Part shown: positions 48,000 to 60,979 of the stretch, one piece after another
How the letters are laid out: each line of letters opens with the position of its first letter
How positions within the stretch are numbered: the stretch's first letter is position 1
Origin: Octopus sinensis
Taxonomy: Eukaryota
Reading direction: 5' to 3'
Assembly: GCF_006345805.1 (NCBI RefSeq)
Contig: NC_043008.1
Span: 21,328,001-21,392,000 of the forward strand
Length of the DNA: 64,000 nucleotides
The notes under the pieces: generated by a model
Database searches by the model: none
What the model saw: the letters and a program-made list of their open reading frames with translations, nothing else
Told to the model about the DNA's origin: nothing
Position numbers and translations under genes: made by a program

Positions 48000-48198
48000 A
48001 TGAAATTATATGAAAAAATAAATAGAAATACGAATTTAAAATTGATCATATGTATTATTTATTTTATCGTTTTACTCTCTTCTCTAGCTCAATGTATAAA
48101 TTATTCAGCGTTAGATGAATTTGAAAGCATACCAAAAAAAAATGGAGGTTACTTTCTGCAAGAAGAAAATATAGTTAACTGTAGACTAACACACCATA
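48000..48198 (+). CDS. Candidate first coding exon of a secreted/membrane protein (signal-peptide-like)
   Basis: MKLYEKINRNTNLKLIICIIYFIVLLSSLAQCINYSALDEFESIPKKNGGYFLQEENIVNCRLTHH, then consensus donor A|GTGAGT (phase 1); no homology recognised. Confidence 0.35.
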
Positions 48199-49589
48199 GT
48201 GAGTAACAGATAATGTTAATCGTTTCAAAATATATCATAATGAAAAAGAATGTCATGAATATTAATGACAAGTCTTCTGTAAATAGGAAAGGGAAACAAC
48301 TCCAGAAATCAAACTGATTACAAATTAAATGGAGAGCGATCGTACGTTTTTAGCATTTCGTAAGGTTTCTTTCCATTCTGTGTTCAGGTTACGCATACGC
48401 TCACTTGCTCCGATCATGATAAAAACAAAATCATAGAAACGAACTTTTTTTTCGAACGACGAAAAAAACAAACAGAGAAACGAGACATACTACATAAAGA
48501 ATATTCCCTTTTTTCAGTTATCTCTGTTTCAACTACTCCACGTTTCGAAGGCAAAGACAAGACGCGACTTTGTTGTAATAGTCCTTCCCGCAAAGCAAAT
48601 TAAATAAAATTTGGGATTTTTTGCGGAGGGTGAAAGTGGTAACAAGAACAGGACAGTGAGAACAAAAGAGTAAAAACAGTAAAAGACAGAACAATGAGAA
48701 CAAAACAGTAAAAACATACAGTGAGGGCTGTTAAGTCGACACTCAAAGGTGTCAGATAATGCTGAGTAAGTGCTATGGACAAACTATAGTTAAGCTCTAG
48801 GTTCGGTGATTATGCGAATGAGGAGTCCAACGTAGGTCATGTATTAGCATGCATATATATGAAAAATTAAAAGAATGAGATAAAAATCCAAGGCTGTGAA
48901 AGATTTCAGAACATTTATAAAGAGAAGGTCTTACAGCTGTTTCCGGGATATTTTATATATCTCTTCATCGGAGACGGTATTCATAAACTTTCGCATACAT
49001 GCATATTGCATGCATATATACATAAACACATATACATACATATGCATGCGCTCACACGCAAATGCCCACTTCCTAGCGATTATATGGGAGATATACTCGG
49101 TTGCACTATCATGAGCTCACACATATATAGAAATGTATTAAGAAACGCACACATCCATACGTGAACAAATACGTGTGCGTGTGTAGACGAACACTGTTGT
49201 TTAAACATGAGATGTACGAAGCTAAACGCATAGAGTTATTCAAAGCGTTGAATTATACAATACTTGAATACATCAAAGGCATAGATATATGAATATTAAA
49301 CGACTCGATTGTTTAGTCACTGTATAAATTTATTGTTAAATATTTAAAACATATAATGTAACATACATAAAAATTATGCGAAATTAATGTAAAAATGATT
49401 TAATAATTATTGATCAAAAATTAGAAAGATTATTAAATTTAGTGTCATAAAAATTCTACACGTGTATTTAAAATATGTGAGATACACCATTGTTTAAATA
49501 AATGAATATTAGCGGTATGCAAATGCTTTGATAATTGTTGTGTGGTGGTAGTATGAGAAGATAGGAATAAATGAACGCAGTGATATATA

Positions 49590-50423
49590 ATCTTCTCTAC
49601 TTTAGGCACCAAGCCCGAATTTGTGTGTGTCTGTGGGGTGGGTGGGCAGTCGATTAGATCGACCCTAATACGCAACTGGTACTTAACTTATCGACTCCGA
49701 AAAGATGAAAGGCAAAGTTGACCTCGCGGAATTTGAACTCAGAACGTAAAGACAGACGAAATTTCGCCAAGTGTTTCGCCCGGCGTGCTAACGTTTCTTA
49801 TTTCTTTATTGCCCACAAGGGGCTAAACACAGAGGGGGAAAAACAAGGACAGACAAACGGATTAAGTCGATTATATCGATCCCAGTGTGTAACTGGTACT
49901 TATTTAATGACCCCGAAAGGATGAAAGACAAAGTCGACCTCGGCGGAATTTGAACTCAGAACGTAAAGACAGACGAAATACCTATTTCTTTACTATCCAC
50001 AAGGGGCTAAACACAGAGAAAACAAACAAGGACAGACAAACGGATTAAGTCGATTACATCGACCCCAGTGCGTTACTGGTACTTAATTTTCGACCCCGAA
50101 AGAATGAAAGGCAAAGTCGACCTCGGCGGAATTTGAACTCATAACGTAAAGACAGACGAAATACTGCTAAATGTTTCACCCGGCGTGCAAACTTTTCTTA
50201 TTTCTTTATTGCCCACAAGGGGCTAAACACAGAGGGGAACAAACAAGGACAGACAAAGAAATTACATCGACTCCAGTGTGTAACTGGTACTTAATTTATC
50301 GACCCCGAAAGGATGAAAAGCAAAGTCGACCTCGGCGAAATTTGAACTCAGAACGTAACGGCAGACGAAAAACGGTTACGCATTTCGCCCGGCTTGCTAA
50401 CGTTTCTGCCAGCTCGCCGCCTT
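49590..50423 (-). mobile_element. SINE group A tetramer (tail-1 x3, tail-2)
   Basis: Four bodies with two junction types. Confidence 0.9.
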
Positions 50424-50539
50424 TCCTGTGAGTTATAATTATAAAGGAAAAGTGCATTTGGAGGAAAATTGCGTTTGAGGCGGTATAATGCAGATTGTGG
50501 GTTGGGATTATATTCTTTGATCTTCCTCTCATGGTTTCC

Positions 50540-50930
50540 ACCATTAGGCTGTGGCAATGCTGAAACACCGCCTTGAGGTTTCACCGAACGAATCTACTCC
50601 AGAACTTGTTTATTTTAAGCCTGCTACTTATTCTGTCAGTCTCTTTTGCCGAACCGCTATATCACAGGGACATAAACACACCAACAATAAGCGGTAGTTG
50701 GGTGACAGTGAAACACATACAGATACACGCGGGCGCGCACACACACACACACACATTTATATCTATATTCGACAGGCTTCGGTTTTCGTCAATCAAATCC
50801 ACACACAAGGCTTTGGTCGGCCCCCAGGCTGTAGCTGATGAAAGTTGCCGATGGTACCACACAGTGGACTGAACCGGGATCGATGTGGTTGGGAAGAAAA
50901 CTTCTTACCACGCAGCCACGCCTGCGCTTA
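50540..50930 (-). mobile_element. Degenerate full-length SINE group B
   Basis: CTCTTTTGCCGAACCGCTA...CTTACCACGCAGCCACGCCTGCGC. Confidence 0.8.
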
Positions 50931-51184
50931 TAATTGAACTTTTGAGGGATAGACCCTCAAGCTGATTTCATGTAAGAAAAAAGTGTTGGAATTTTTAGGA
51001 TGCAATAGAATTTTGTTCGAGGTTTGGCACATGTATCTTTTATCTTCTAGGAAAGAATAGGAGGAATTGTACCGTAAGTAATAAATGGTTACATATTGAC
51101 TATAGGAGAAAGTTGAGAATGCTATGTGGAACTTTCTGGATATATGATGTGTAGTTAATATCAGTGTCAGATGGCTTTCATTAG

Positions 51185-51340
51185 GTACTTAGGACTTTAT
51201 GTTCTGAGTTCAAATCCTGCCGAGATCAACTTTGCTTTTCATCTTTTAGAAGTCAATAAAATAAGTACCAGTCGAGCACTGGGGTCGATTTAAGCGATTT
51301 ACTCTCGGCATCTCGAAATCGTTGGCATTGTGTCAAAGTA
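51185..51340 (+). mobile_element. Degenerate headless SINE group A
   Basis: TTCTGAGTTCAAATCCTGCCGAG...AAAATAAGTACCAGTCGAGCACTGGGGTCGAT. Confidence 0.75.
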
Positions 51341-51578
51341 CTCATACAAAAGGAGATCAATTCCAATTTAAAGTTCTTGGTTGTCCGACATGGATCAGTA
51401 TGATTCCAGCACACAGGTTGCAATTCCCCTATCTTTCTAATGCTTTCGCATGTTCTATAATTCCTACACTTCTATCATGGTTGATTCCTTTCTAAATAAC
51501 TTCAACCAATTCTTGTAATATTTCCGAAAGTGTTCAATTATAGGCAGACTATGTGTTTGAATGTCTTTCCGTTTCAAT

Positions 51579-52200
51579 CAGTGGTTCTCATCCAGAGACT
51601 GTATGACTCGTGCAAGGTCGATATAAGATTTTGGGGGTGTCTACGCAAACAAAAGTGGAGGCGCGTGGCTTAGTGGTTAGGATGTCAGCATCATGATCGT
51701 AATATTGTGGTTTCGATTCCTGGACCGGGCGACGCGATGTGTTCTTGAGAAAAAACACTTCATTTCACTTTGCTCCAGTCCACTCAGTTGGCAAAAATGA
51801 GTAACGCTGCGATGGACTGGCGTCCAGTCCAGCTGGGGAACACATACGCCATAGAAACCGGAAAACCGGGCCCATGAGTCTGACTCGGCTTTAAAAAGGG
51901 CGCATTTATTTTTTTTTACGCAAACAAAATTGTAAATTGGAGATTCACAGCAGGGCCCATGCAAAGATTCTGTTTCACATATTTACTGGAAGCAACAACT
52001 GGGTTTCTCCCGCCACTGAAACATGTTCTCTCAGAGAGTCGCATTGCAAGCCTACATAAGTGAAAGGGTGAAATACAAAATAGGAATTTTGATAGAAGTC
52101 TCTATGAAACATATTTTAAACATCGGATGGCTACGGGGGTTGTCCAGAATAAAATTAGAATCAAAAGGGTCCATAGGTAAAAAACGGTTGAGAACAACTG
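51579..52200. mobile_element. hAT/Charlie-like MITE hosting a SINE
   Basis: CAGTGGTTCTCA / TGAGAACAACTG termini; 8-bp flanks GTTTCAAT and GTTTAGAT (6/8 identical). Confidence 0.65.
51655..51916 (+). mobile_element. SINE, D-type head + X tail, with 13-bp TSD
   Basis: TACGCAAACAAAA at 51642-51654 and 51917-51929. Confidence 0.9.
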
Positions 52201-52678
52201 GTTTAGATATAAGAATAGGATGTGCTATTGTTGTCACTGAAGACATTGACCGTTAAAGTAGTTTCATGTCAGAAGAGTATTATATTATTAGAGTGTTACA
52301 GATTTTTGGTCAAAGTTTGGAATAATAATTTCAAGTTAGTTGCACTGCTCTAAGTTCGTTTACTGCTTGTTAAATATTTTATGGTATCTCTGGTTGTGGA
52401 GATATTTTTGGATCAAAGGGAAAAATTAATGACGAGGTTTGTGCGAGCATTGGAATTGAAAAGTGAGTGTTTAAGCCATAGCTTTAAATAGTTCATGGAA
52501 TTTCGGGGCTTCATTTTGTGTTTGTTGCATATTGGTTTTTATCCATGAATTCGCTTAAGGGTCAGTACATCGTTGTAATATTGAAATTCTCAGGTGAAAT
52601 ATTAAGACTTTTTCAGATAAGACTACAAGTGCATGATAATATTCTTACTCGATTTTTAGTAAAAGATGTGGGTATTTA

Positions 52679-53244
52679 TTGGGTTGTCCGGAAAGTTCCT
52701 GCCGATTTTTAAAGGAAAGAAAGAGGTCAATAAATACTTAACATTACATTTTTAATCAACCAAATATGAACCATTTTGTTGCACAATGCGTCTCCATCTT
52801 GCCTTTAACTTGAAAATACCCTCTTTCCAGAATTGAGGTGGTTTCATGGCAAAGAATCCATCAAAGTATCTTTTTACGTCGTCCAAGGAATTGAAATTTT
52901 TACCATTCAGACTATTCTGCACAGACCTGAATAAGTGGAAATCCGAAGGAGCAATATCTGGTGAATATGGAGGGTGGGGTAACACATCCCAGCCGAGCTG
53001 CAACAATTTTTGTCTGGTTCTCAAAGCATCAAGTACCGAAAATGAACTTTCTTATCTTCCATTTTAAAGGGTTAAAGAATTAACACAGGTTATAGGAACA
53101 TAAACCTTCTTCCACGAAAAGATAGCTTAAACTGTGCTCTAAATACAGGTGTAGTCAAATCCTATTTTATGGACTCAACCATGTTCTAAAATAAGTCGAA
53201 AGGTAAGCTACTATAAATCGGCACGAACTTTTCGGACAACCCAA
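52679..53244 (-). mobile_element. Non-autonomous mariner deletion derivative with both TIRs and TA TSD
   Basis: TA-TTGGGTTGTCCGGAAAGTTCCTGCCGATTT ... AAATCGGCACGAACTTTTCGGACAACCCAA-TA; the intact C-terminal transposase frame carries HPPYSPDIAPSDFHLF. Confidence 0.95.
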
Positions 53245-53848
53245 TAGAATTGTATTAATGCATGGTTGCTTTTGGTCGGCTTTACTAAATGTGACGTAGC
53301 TATTACTCGCTATGGTAGTGTAATATGAATGAAGTAAATTGTTTTACGCATCATCTATTATTACATTTAGACATAATTCTTTAATGTTGTCACTGTGATC
53401 ATTCCGAAAGTTGTCTTACAGTTGACGTTGGTGTATTGTGATATAAGTTCAACCTCACTCTTTAGATCACGTTGCAAGTTACTCAATATTCTAAGTAATG
53501 TGTGAAACACGTGCAATCCTATGGTTCCATATCGGAATCTTTGCTCCTCATTAGTTTGATGAATCGGATGCAGACCTTCATTTATATCAATGGGGCTTCG
53601 ACAAAGAACAACACAGATTGTCTAGTATGCATTGTAGTATTGTGTTTTTGTTCGCTAGTTGCGATCAAGCTACTTTTGGCTAAAGTGAATACTTTTAAAT
53701 GTAAACGTTTACTTACTGAGAGATAGAAAGCCCGCCCCCCATCTCAAATTGTGAAGAGATAAGCGTGTTACTCTTTCGTACATAGCAGCAATTTTGTCTA
53801 GGATCATTTCACATATTCTTCAAATTCCTGTTTATTTTCCTACCTTAC

Positions 53849-54127
53849 CTAACATTGTTTAACACTTTCATTCATGCATTTCCAACCAGTCATAATGTCA
53901 TCCACTATATGTTTTTGACTAAAGTCGACTCCAACATCGGGGCCAACTTCTTGTAAGCATGAAGTCACGCTGGCAAAACGTCGCTCCTTTACAAAACGCT
54001 CCTCGCTACCTGTCATTGTGATCTTGTGACACGAAGCAAAGCAGGCTTTGCCGTCCTGTTCCATTTGCCAAAAAGGTTTGCAAGGCACCAGCAGGCCTAA
54101 AAAAACCCATTCGTGTCTATAGAACAT
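53849..54127 (-). other. Candidate exon (probably UTR or short ORF) ending at a strong splice donor
   Basis: Unique sequence; 92-aa ORF whose TAG ends exactly at AG|GTAAGG (intron GT at 53848-53847). Confidence 0.25.
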
Positions 54128-54183
54128 GATTACCGCTTTATTATACTAAACTCTCATTTTTCGTCCAAGACGCGAGAATCCAT

Positions 54184-54255
<72 letters not shown>

Positions 54256-55287
54256 GTGATCGTTTCCGGTTAGGCATAATCTATAACAGCGTTTGTCAAC
54301 CTTATCATTTCGGATCCCCTGTTTCGATTGGAGCCTCCAGCTTTATGAAAATTTCCTGACCCCATCCCGTCAGAAAACATCTAAGCAACTGGTTGTTTTA
54401 ATGGCAAAGGAAAGAGGGAAATTCCATTAGAAAAAGTCTTAATCGATTTTCTCGGTAAGTATGGGGGTTAGGAAAAAATACAAACAGGATTCCAATCTAT
54501 GCACCCGTCTCCACATTATATTATTATATTATATTATATTATATATATATATATACATACACACACACATACACACACAGAAATATGTGGTGCATGTATG
54601 TGTGTGTGTGTGTGCAATAATGTAGACGAGAATTAAGCACTAAATCCACTGCAGATTTATATAATTTTACCGGTGATCTGTACGGCCACGCCAAATACTC
54701 AGAATTTTCGAAAGAAATACTTTATGGCGCTATAATTTTTTAATCGTGTAAAAGTTGATACCTCTCAAAGCGATAATTTACGTCATTCTGGCTATTAATA
54801 TGAATCGTTATACTCATCGCAAATTAACGTTGTTAAAAGTAACAACAAGAAAAAAAATAATGAGGGAAATTAGCTCAAAAACCTTAGAAAAATTTTGATT
54901 ACGGTTCAAGTTTAATTAATAAGTTAGCTGGGATGTGAAAGTAATTAAAGAAAGCAAAACCGTTTGGCTGTGGTGCATTCACGAATGAGATTTATCATTA
55001 TATTCTTTGTTTTGTTCTGCTTCAATAACTAATTAAATTGCATTTCAGTAGAAAATTGTGAAAAAATACGATTTATCATATTAATTCTAGAAAAAAAAAG
55101 GAGAAAAGAAAAATGAACAAAAAATGTGTAACAAAGCATAAATACATGCATGCAATTTTACGGTATAATGATGGTCTGCCTGTATGTTCTCTTCTGGTTT
55201 TAATTATTTGGATTCTTCCTCTGAAGAAAAACGGATGGTTTCTAAAACTGATACCAAGATTGGTATATACTATATATACGTATATGT

Positions 55288-56437
55288 ACTAGCTGGTGTA
55301 CCAGGTAATTCCCGGGGAATAAAGATTGTTCTATTGAAATGCCTTAATACTCTGATGTAAGAAAGCAATTTCGTTATAATTGCCACAAAAGATATATTTT
55401 CCGTCACGAAATAGCACAAAAAACTGTCAGCTGGAGGAGGGAGAGATTGTTGGAGGTTGGCAAGAGAGGTTTTCGGGGGTTGGGGAGAGGCAAAGGCATT
55501 ATTCTGCTTAGCGAAGGCATCTGGGAAATGTATAACTGCTGTCATTCACAGAAAAACTATTGTTTTAGCGTGAGAAAAGCGCTGTTGAAGTGTTAAATGA
55601 AATTTGGGAATCGAAAATCGAATCCACGCTATGCCTGCATTAAGCCACTAAAAATACGTTGTAGAATAAAAAAATTATCTACTGTCATGGAAAAAGTGTA
55701 ACTGTAAAAATGCAGAATTATCGGAATGATAGGCATTCAAAAATGGATGTATGTATAGAAATGTATGAATGAAATCTTTAATGTTTAAGATTCTAATTAA
55801 GGAAGTACAATAATAATGCTTAGTATTTCATAACTGCGACTAGTGAAATGCAGAATTAGGCCGGCTGATCGTAAGAATCAAATATTGATCGCTTCGCAAA
55901 AATCTGCCGGTGGTATGGGTTATTTCCCTTGGGTTATTTAAATAAAATATTAGTAATATGTAGTAGAAAGAAGGTTCTATTGGAAGGGCTCTATTGTCGA
56001 TTTTTTTTAACAATCTAAGTATTTCTCGAGGTTTCCAGACATCAGTGCTACTCACGTGTCAAATAAAGTATAAAAATGATATTGTCTGCAAAAATTAGAA
56101 CTAGGACACACAAAAATCAATATTCAAAGTAATCGAACACAAACAATGAAATAGGTTATTTCCCTTCAGTGTTTAAAAAAATATTGGACAGGTGCTATGG
56201 GTTATTTCCATTAGGTGTTAAAAAAAAAACATTAGTTATATGAGGTAGATATAAAGGTCCCTTCCAGGGGCCGTATTATCGATTTTTTCAATAATTTAAG
56301 TATGTCATGACGTTTCCAGACATGAGTTCTACTCACGAGTCGAGTTCCATCAAAATCAATAAAACGATGTAGGAGGAGTTAACTAACAACGCCACAAACA
56401 AACACACACGGATTTTCCACATATGTAGTATATATGA

Positions 56438-56440
<3 letters not shown>
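55288..56440 (+). mobile_element. Second Helentron/HINE-like element with a diverged internal duplication
   Basis: 5' ACTAGCTGGTGTACCAGGTAATTCCCGGGG; TATGGGTTATTTCC...TTTCCAGACAT..G..CTACTCACG blocks at ~55916 and ~56197; 3' GTAGGAGGAGTTAACTAACAAC...ACAAACAAAC. Confidence 0.55.
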
Positions 56441-56490
<50 letters not shown>

Positions 56491-56628
56491 GTATATATTA
56501 TATATATATTATATATATATAATATATATATATATATGTATATATATATAATTCGAGACAAAACCACTATTTTTCCCTGTAATTTGGGATTCATTCCCTA
56601 ATATTTATTATTATATATGTATATATAT

Positions 56629-56659
<31 letters not shown>

Positions 56660-56718
56660 GTATATATGTGTGTATGTATATATATATGTATATATGTGTG
56701 TATGTATATATATATACG

Positions 56719-56757
<39 letters not shown>

Positions 56758-56766
56758 ATGTATATG

Positions 56767-56814
<48 letters not shown>

Positions 56815-56850
56815 ATATATATATTATATATTATATATATATATATATTA
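56440..56850. repeat. Two (TA)n microsatellite blocks
   Basis: Direct inspection. Confidence 0.95.
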
Positions 56851-56859
56851 CCTTTTCTT

Positions 56860-57061
56860 TTTACTTGTTTCATTTGTGAGATGCGGCCATGATGTGGGAC
56901 TGCTTTGAAGAATTTTAGTCGAACGAATCGACGCCAGAACCAATTCTTTTAAGATCGATACTTTTGTCATCGAACAGTTTTACGGAACCGCTAAGTTACG
57001 GTTACGTAGACACACCAACACCGGTTGTGAAGCGGTGCGGGGGACAAACACAGACACTAAG

Positions 57062-57099
<38 letters not shown>

Positions 57100-57260
57100 G
57101 GCTGGCTTCTCTTAGTTTCCATCTATCAAATCCACTCGCAAGGATTTGTTCAACCCGGGGGCTATATTAGAAGAAAGAACATCTCAAGATGTTATGCAGT
57201 AGAACTGAACCTGTTGTCATGGGACTCGAAAGCAAACCTTCTACCACACATAGCCTGTAA
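56860..57260 (-). mobile_element. Degenerate SINE group B
   Basis: TTTTACTTGTTTCATTTGTGAGATGCGGCCATG...CTACCACACATAGCC. Confidence 0.8.
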
Positions 57261-57811
57261 CGTATTTGTACAAAGTGCATTGACTGCCAAACACCTCATT
57301 GTGTATTTATTGTCAGATACTCACAACCGAAATCACAATTCACACATAAATATGACAGAAAGATTAAAGGATATTCTGGTTATGTCTACACACAACATAT
57401 AACACCTACACACACACACACACACATACACACATGGCTTTCTCACATCAATATGTTTTCAATATGGATTTATGATTGGCAAAAACCACTGCAGAAGTAA
57501 ACAATACAGATTTCTTCTATTAAACATATTATTCCAATACAAATCTATTCCCTTGGAAATTCTAGGATTACTTTACAGAGATTCTTAGAAATTTGCAAAG
57601 TATCGTAAAGCATAACTTTGTTTGAAATTGTACATTTTTTGGTTCTGAAACGTCTCGTTCTTCAGATGGTGTGAAGTCTACTTGGATAATACTGAAGTAC
57701 AGTCTTACGAAAAAACAATTTTGAAGATTATTTTCTATGGTTTTCACATGTCATTGTTCTTATATTCAGTGATGTTATCGATCTTTTTTCCTTATCTTTT
57801 TTTGTGTTCAG

Positions 57812-57894
57812 GAAGGAAAGAATACAAAGTTTCGAATACAATCCAAGACATATCTACTTATAATGATATAATGTTTTTAGTTACAAGTGCATTA
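57812..57894 (+). CDS. Candidate internal exon, phase-compatible with 48000-48198 (speculative)
   Basis: Long pyrimidine tract CTTTTTTCCTTATCTTTTTTTGTGTTCAG| then an open frame RKEYKVSNTIQDISTYNDIMFLVTSAL and donor GTAAGC; the frame alternatively stays open to the stop at 58002. Confidence 0.25.
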
Positions 57895-58069
57895 GTAAGC
57901 TATAACCAGCTTTATTCTGCAGTAATGGATCCTAATTCACATAACAGAGAAAAGTGCACATGGATAGAATTTAACCCCAAAATCCGAGTCACGGAAGTTT
58001 AGAAGCTATCTCATTGAGACGTTGGTTCTAAAGCAAACTGTCTTTAATGCATACACACATTTGCATATA

Positions 58070-58630
58070 CACTAATGCCTCGATATACGAGTTAGTTTGT
58101 TCCCGGAGACCGCTCGAAAAGCGAAGCTCGTAAAACTGAGCAATAATTTCCCATATTAACAATGTTATAAATCGTAATTCGTTCCAAGAAAAATATTTTA
58201 TCGATAAAATTTATAATACTCGTAAATAAACGGCAATGAAACAACAATAGACTATAAAAGAATATTTTATGCAAAGTAAAAAGACAATCTAGACCATTTA
58301 TGATGAAAAATATTAGTATTATAATCGTTTTCTGCATCACTTTTATTCGCACTTGACTCGTGCACACCATCGCTTGTTGACGCGATCGCCGATTCACAAG
58401 CACTCGTAGGCGGACTTGTCGATTTCTGGAGTCTAGAGATGTTTACTTAGAAGAAGCTTGTTTTTGCTCTCTACAAATTTCTCGGTAACAGCAAAAGTAT
58501 TTGTTATGGTAGTAGAACATTTTAAAGTTCGTTTAAAATTTGGATCTTTTGCTCGAAAAATTTATTATAAAATAAAACTCGTAAACACGGGGTCTCGTAA
58601 ACCGGATCCTCATAAATTGAGGTATTACTG
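58070..58630. mobile_element. pogo/Tigger-like MITE with TA TSD
   Basis: TA-CACTAATGCCTCGATATACGAG ... CTCATAAATTGAGGTATTACTG-TA. Confidence 0.8.
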
Positions 58631-59528
58631 TACTCACATGTCTATATTGTAATGGAAAAAGCTGCTTATTAATTATGTAACAGTTACTAATAGAAAGCAA
58701 TTATTAAAGGCTTGACCATCCGGAAATTTTTATAAATTTTTATAATTCCAAGAAATTTCCTGTAATTTCGATTTCTGAAGGATATTGAATATTTGAACTA
58801 CGAGTTTTTCATAAATTTAAATATTTGTTGCATTCATTGTAGTGTAGAATTAATAATAAATAATATTAATTCGTTGCAGGTGACATTTTCCGTTTCCATT
58901 TGCAACAGTTTCTCACTCTCTCTCACCTCTATTTTCATTAATGATAATTTAATATATAATCATTTCAATGTGTTCATTTCAAGTTTTAATTCGCTATCTG
59001 TAAAACCCCACAGTTCATTTTATATACGCAATGTAAAAAAGAAAAAAATTTATTGAATGAATGAATGCTATTAGGCAAAATAGATTGTTAAATGAATATC
59101 TTTGATAAAACGAAAATTTTTTAATATACCGTAAAAATCTTTTTAACAAACATTAAGAAGTGATTTTGTTGGTATGGCTGTTTGGAACGGTATAAGTCTT
59201 ACAATAATAACTATATGATCGCTGCTATTTCTAGCATGCTAAACGTAGTTGGGTTACCTTGAAGTTTATTTAAATTAGAGATATATTACAACTACGATAA
59301 ATTACTGAAAAAATATTTACTAAGCAAGTGAGATTTTTTTTATTATAAATTGGAGTTTTCAGGAAAAGTTACTTCCTCAACTTCCTTTTATTATTTGATA
59401 TTTCAAATTCACAATTTTAAATATTCGGTGCAAGATAGTTTTTAATGAGCTTTTGTTTATACGATTTTTTCATTTCATCTTTATCTCATTTATTGCTTGC
59501 AATGTTGTCTCTCCTCACTCTCTGTCTC

Positions 59529-59531
<3 letters not shown>

Positions 59532-59566
<35 letters not shown>

Positions 59567-59574
59567 ACACGCAC

Positions 59575-59605
<31 letters not shown>

Positions 59606-59606
59606 A

Positions 59607-59638
<32 letters not shown>

Positions 59639-59686
59639 CACACAACACATACACACACACAAACACACACACACAACACAAACACA

Positions 59687-59753
<67 letters not shown>

Positions 59754-59820
59754 CACACACAACACACACACACATACACACACACACACACACATACGCA
59801 CACACACACACACACACACA
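59532..59820. repeat. (CA)n microsatellite
   Basis: Direct inspection. Confidence 0.95.
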
Positions 59821-60544
59821 GAGTATCTCTGATATAAACACGTACACTGTCTCTCTTATATAAACAAACACACACTTCAGGTTTGATTTCATTATTACAC
59901 AATAATGATTAACAATAATTTACTTAATATATATTCATTACAATCTTTTTTTATTTCAAGTTTTATTTCGTTATTTGAGATGAGGAAATCAGCTATTTTG
60001 TTGACTTAAATTCGCTATGTAAATACCCTCAATTTATTGTTTATACAAACTGGAAAAAGATTATATTGGACAACTTATTAAAACTTACTGAAGCTTCGAA
60101 CTGATCGAACTAATTTCCTTTCTGTCGTTATCTAAGAATCATCAAGTGAATTTTATTGCTATGGCCATTTGACAGCAGAAAACCACCCGGAGGGCGGTTC
60201 TTCTGCTAGTATACACATATGAAGAAATAGTTAAATTTGATTTGTTTGTGTGTCTTTATGAAATGGGCTCCCCATTGACAAGCTTCTGAAATTAATTAAA
60301 CTGTTAGACACTTGGAGAATGCAAATAAGGGATCCAAGTCTCTGAAGCTACAAGATTTGATGTGTATAAGAAACAGATTGGCTAGTTGCGTTTCTGGGAT
60401 TGGCCAAGTAATTCAAACACCTCATTTTGAGACGCAATAAAGGTCAAATGTCGATCAAGGCTTTTCATTATTTTAGTTTTCAATCTACGGAGGAATAAGT
60501 AAATTTGGCATGTCTTTTACGTCAGCTACGTAGGTCTGCAAACC

Positions 60545-60967
60545 CCATACTCTCTTTACTCTTTACTCTTTTACTTGTTTCAGTCATTTGACTGCGGCCA
60601 TGCTGGAGCACCGCCTTTTGTCGAGCAAATCGACCCCGAGACTTATTCTTTCTAAGCCCAGTACTTATTATATCGGTCTTTTTTGCCGAACCGCTATGTG
60701 ACGGGGACGTAAACACACCAGCATCGGTTGTCAAGCAATGCTAGGGGGACAAACACAGACACACAAACATATACACACACACTTATATATATATACATAT
60801 ATACGACAGGCTTCTTTCAGTTTCCGTCTACCAAATCCACTCACAAGGCATTGGTCGGCCCGGGGCTATAGCAGAAGACACTTGCCCAAGATGCCACGCA
60901 GTGGGACTGAACTCGGAACCATGTGGTTGGTTAGCAAGCTACTTACCACACAGCCACTCCTGCGCCT
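60545..60967 (-). mobile_element. Full-length, near-consensus SINE group B
   Basis: (CTCTTTTA)n tail to CCACACAGCCACTCCTGCGCCT head. Confidence 0.92.
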
Positions 60968-60979
60968 ATTTTTCTTTCA

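Noticed and set aside
57645-57670. CUGAAGA hammerhead-like start on the minus strand
   Set aside because: No stem II closed by GAAA and no stems I/III
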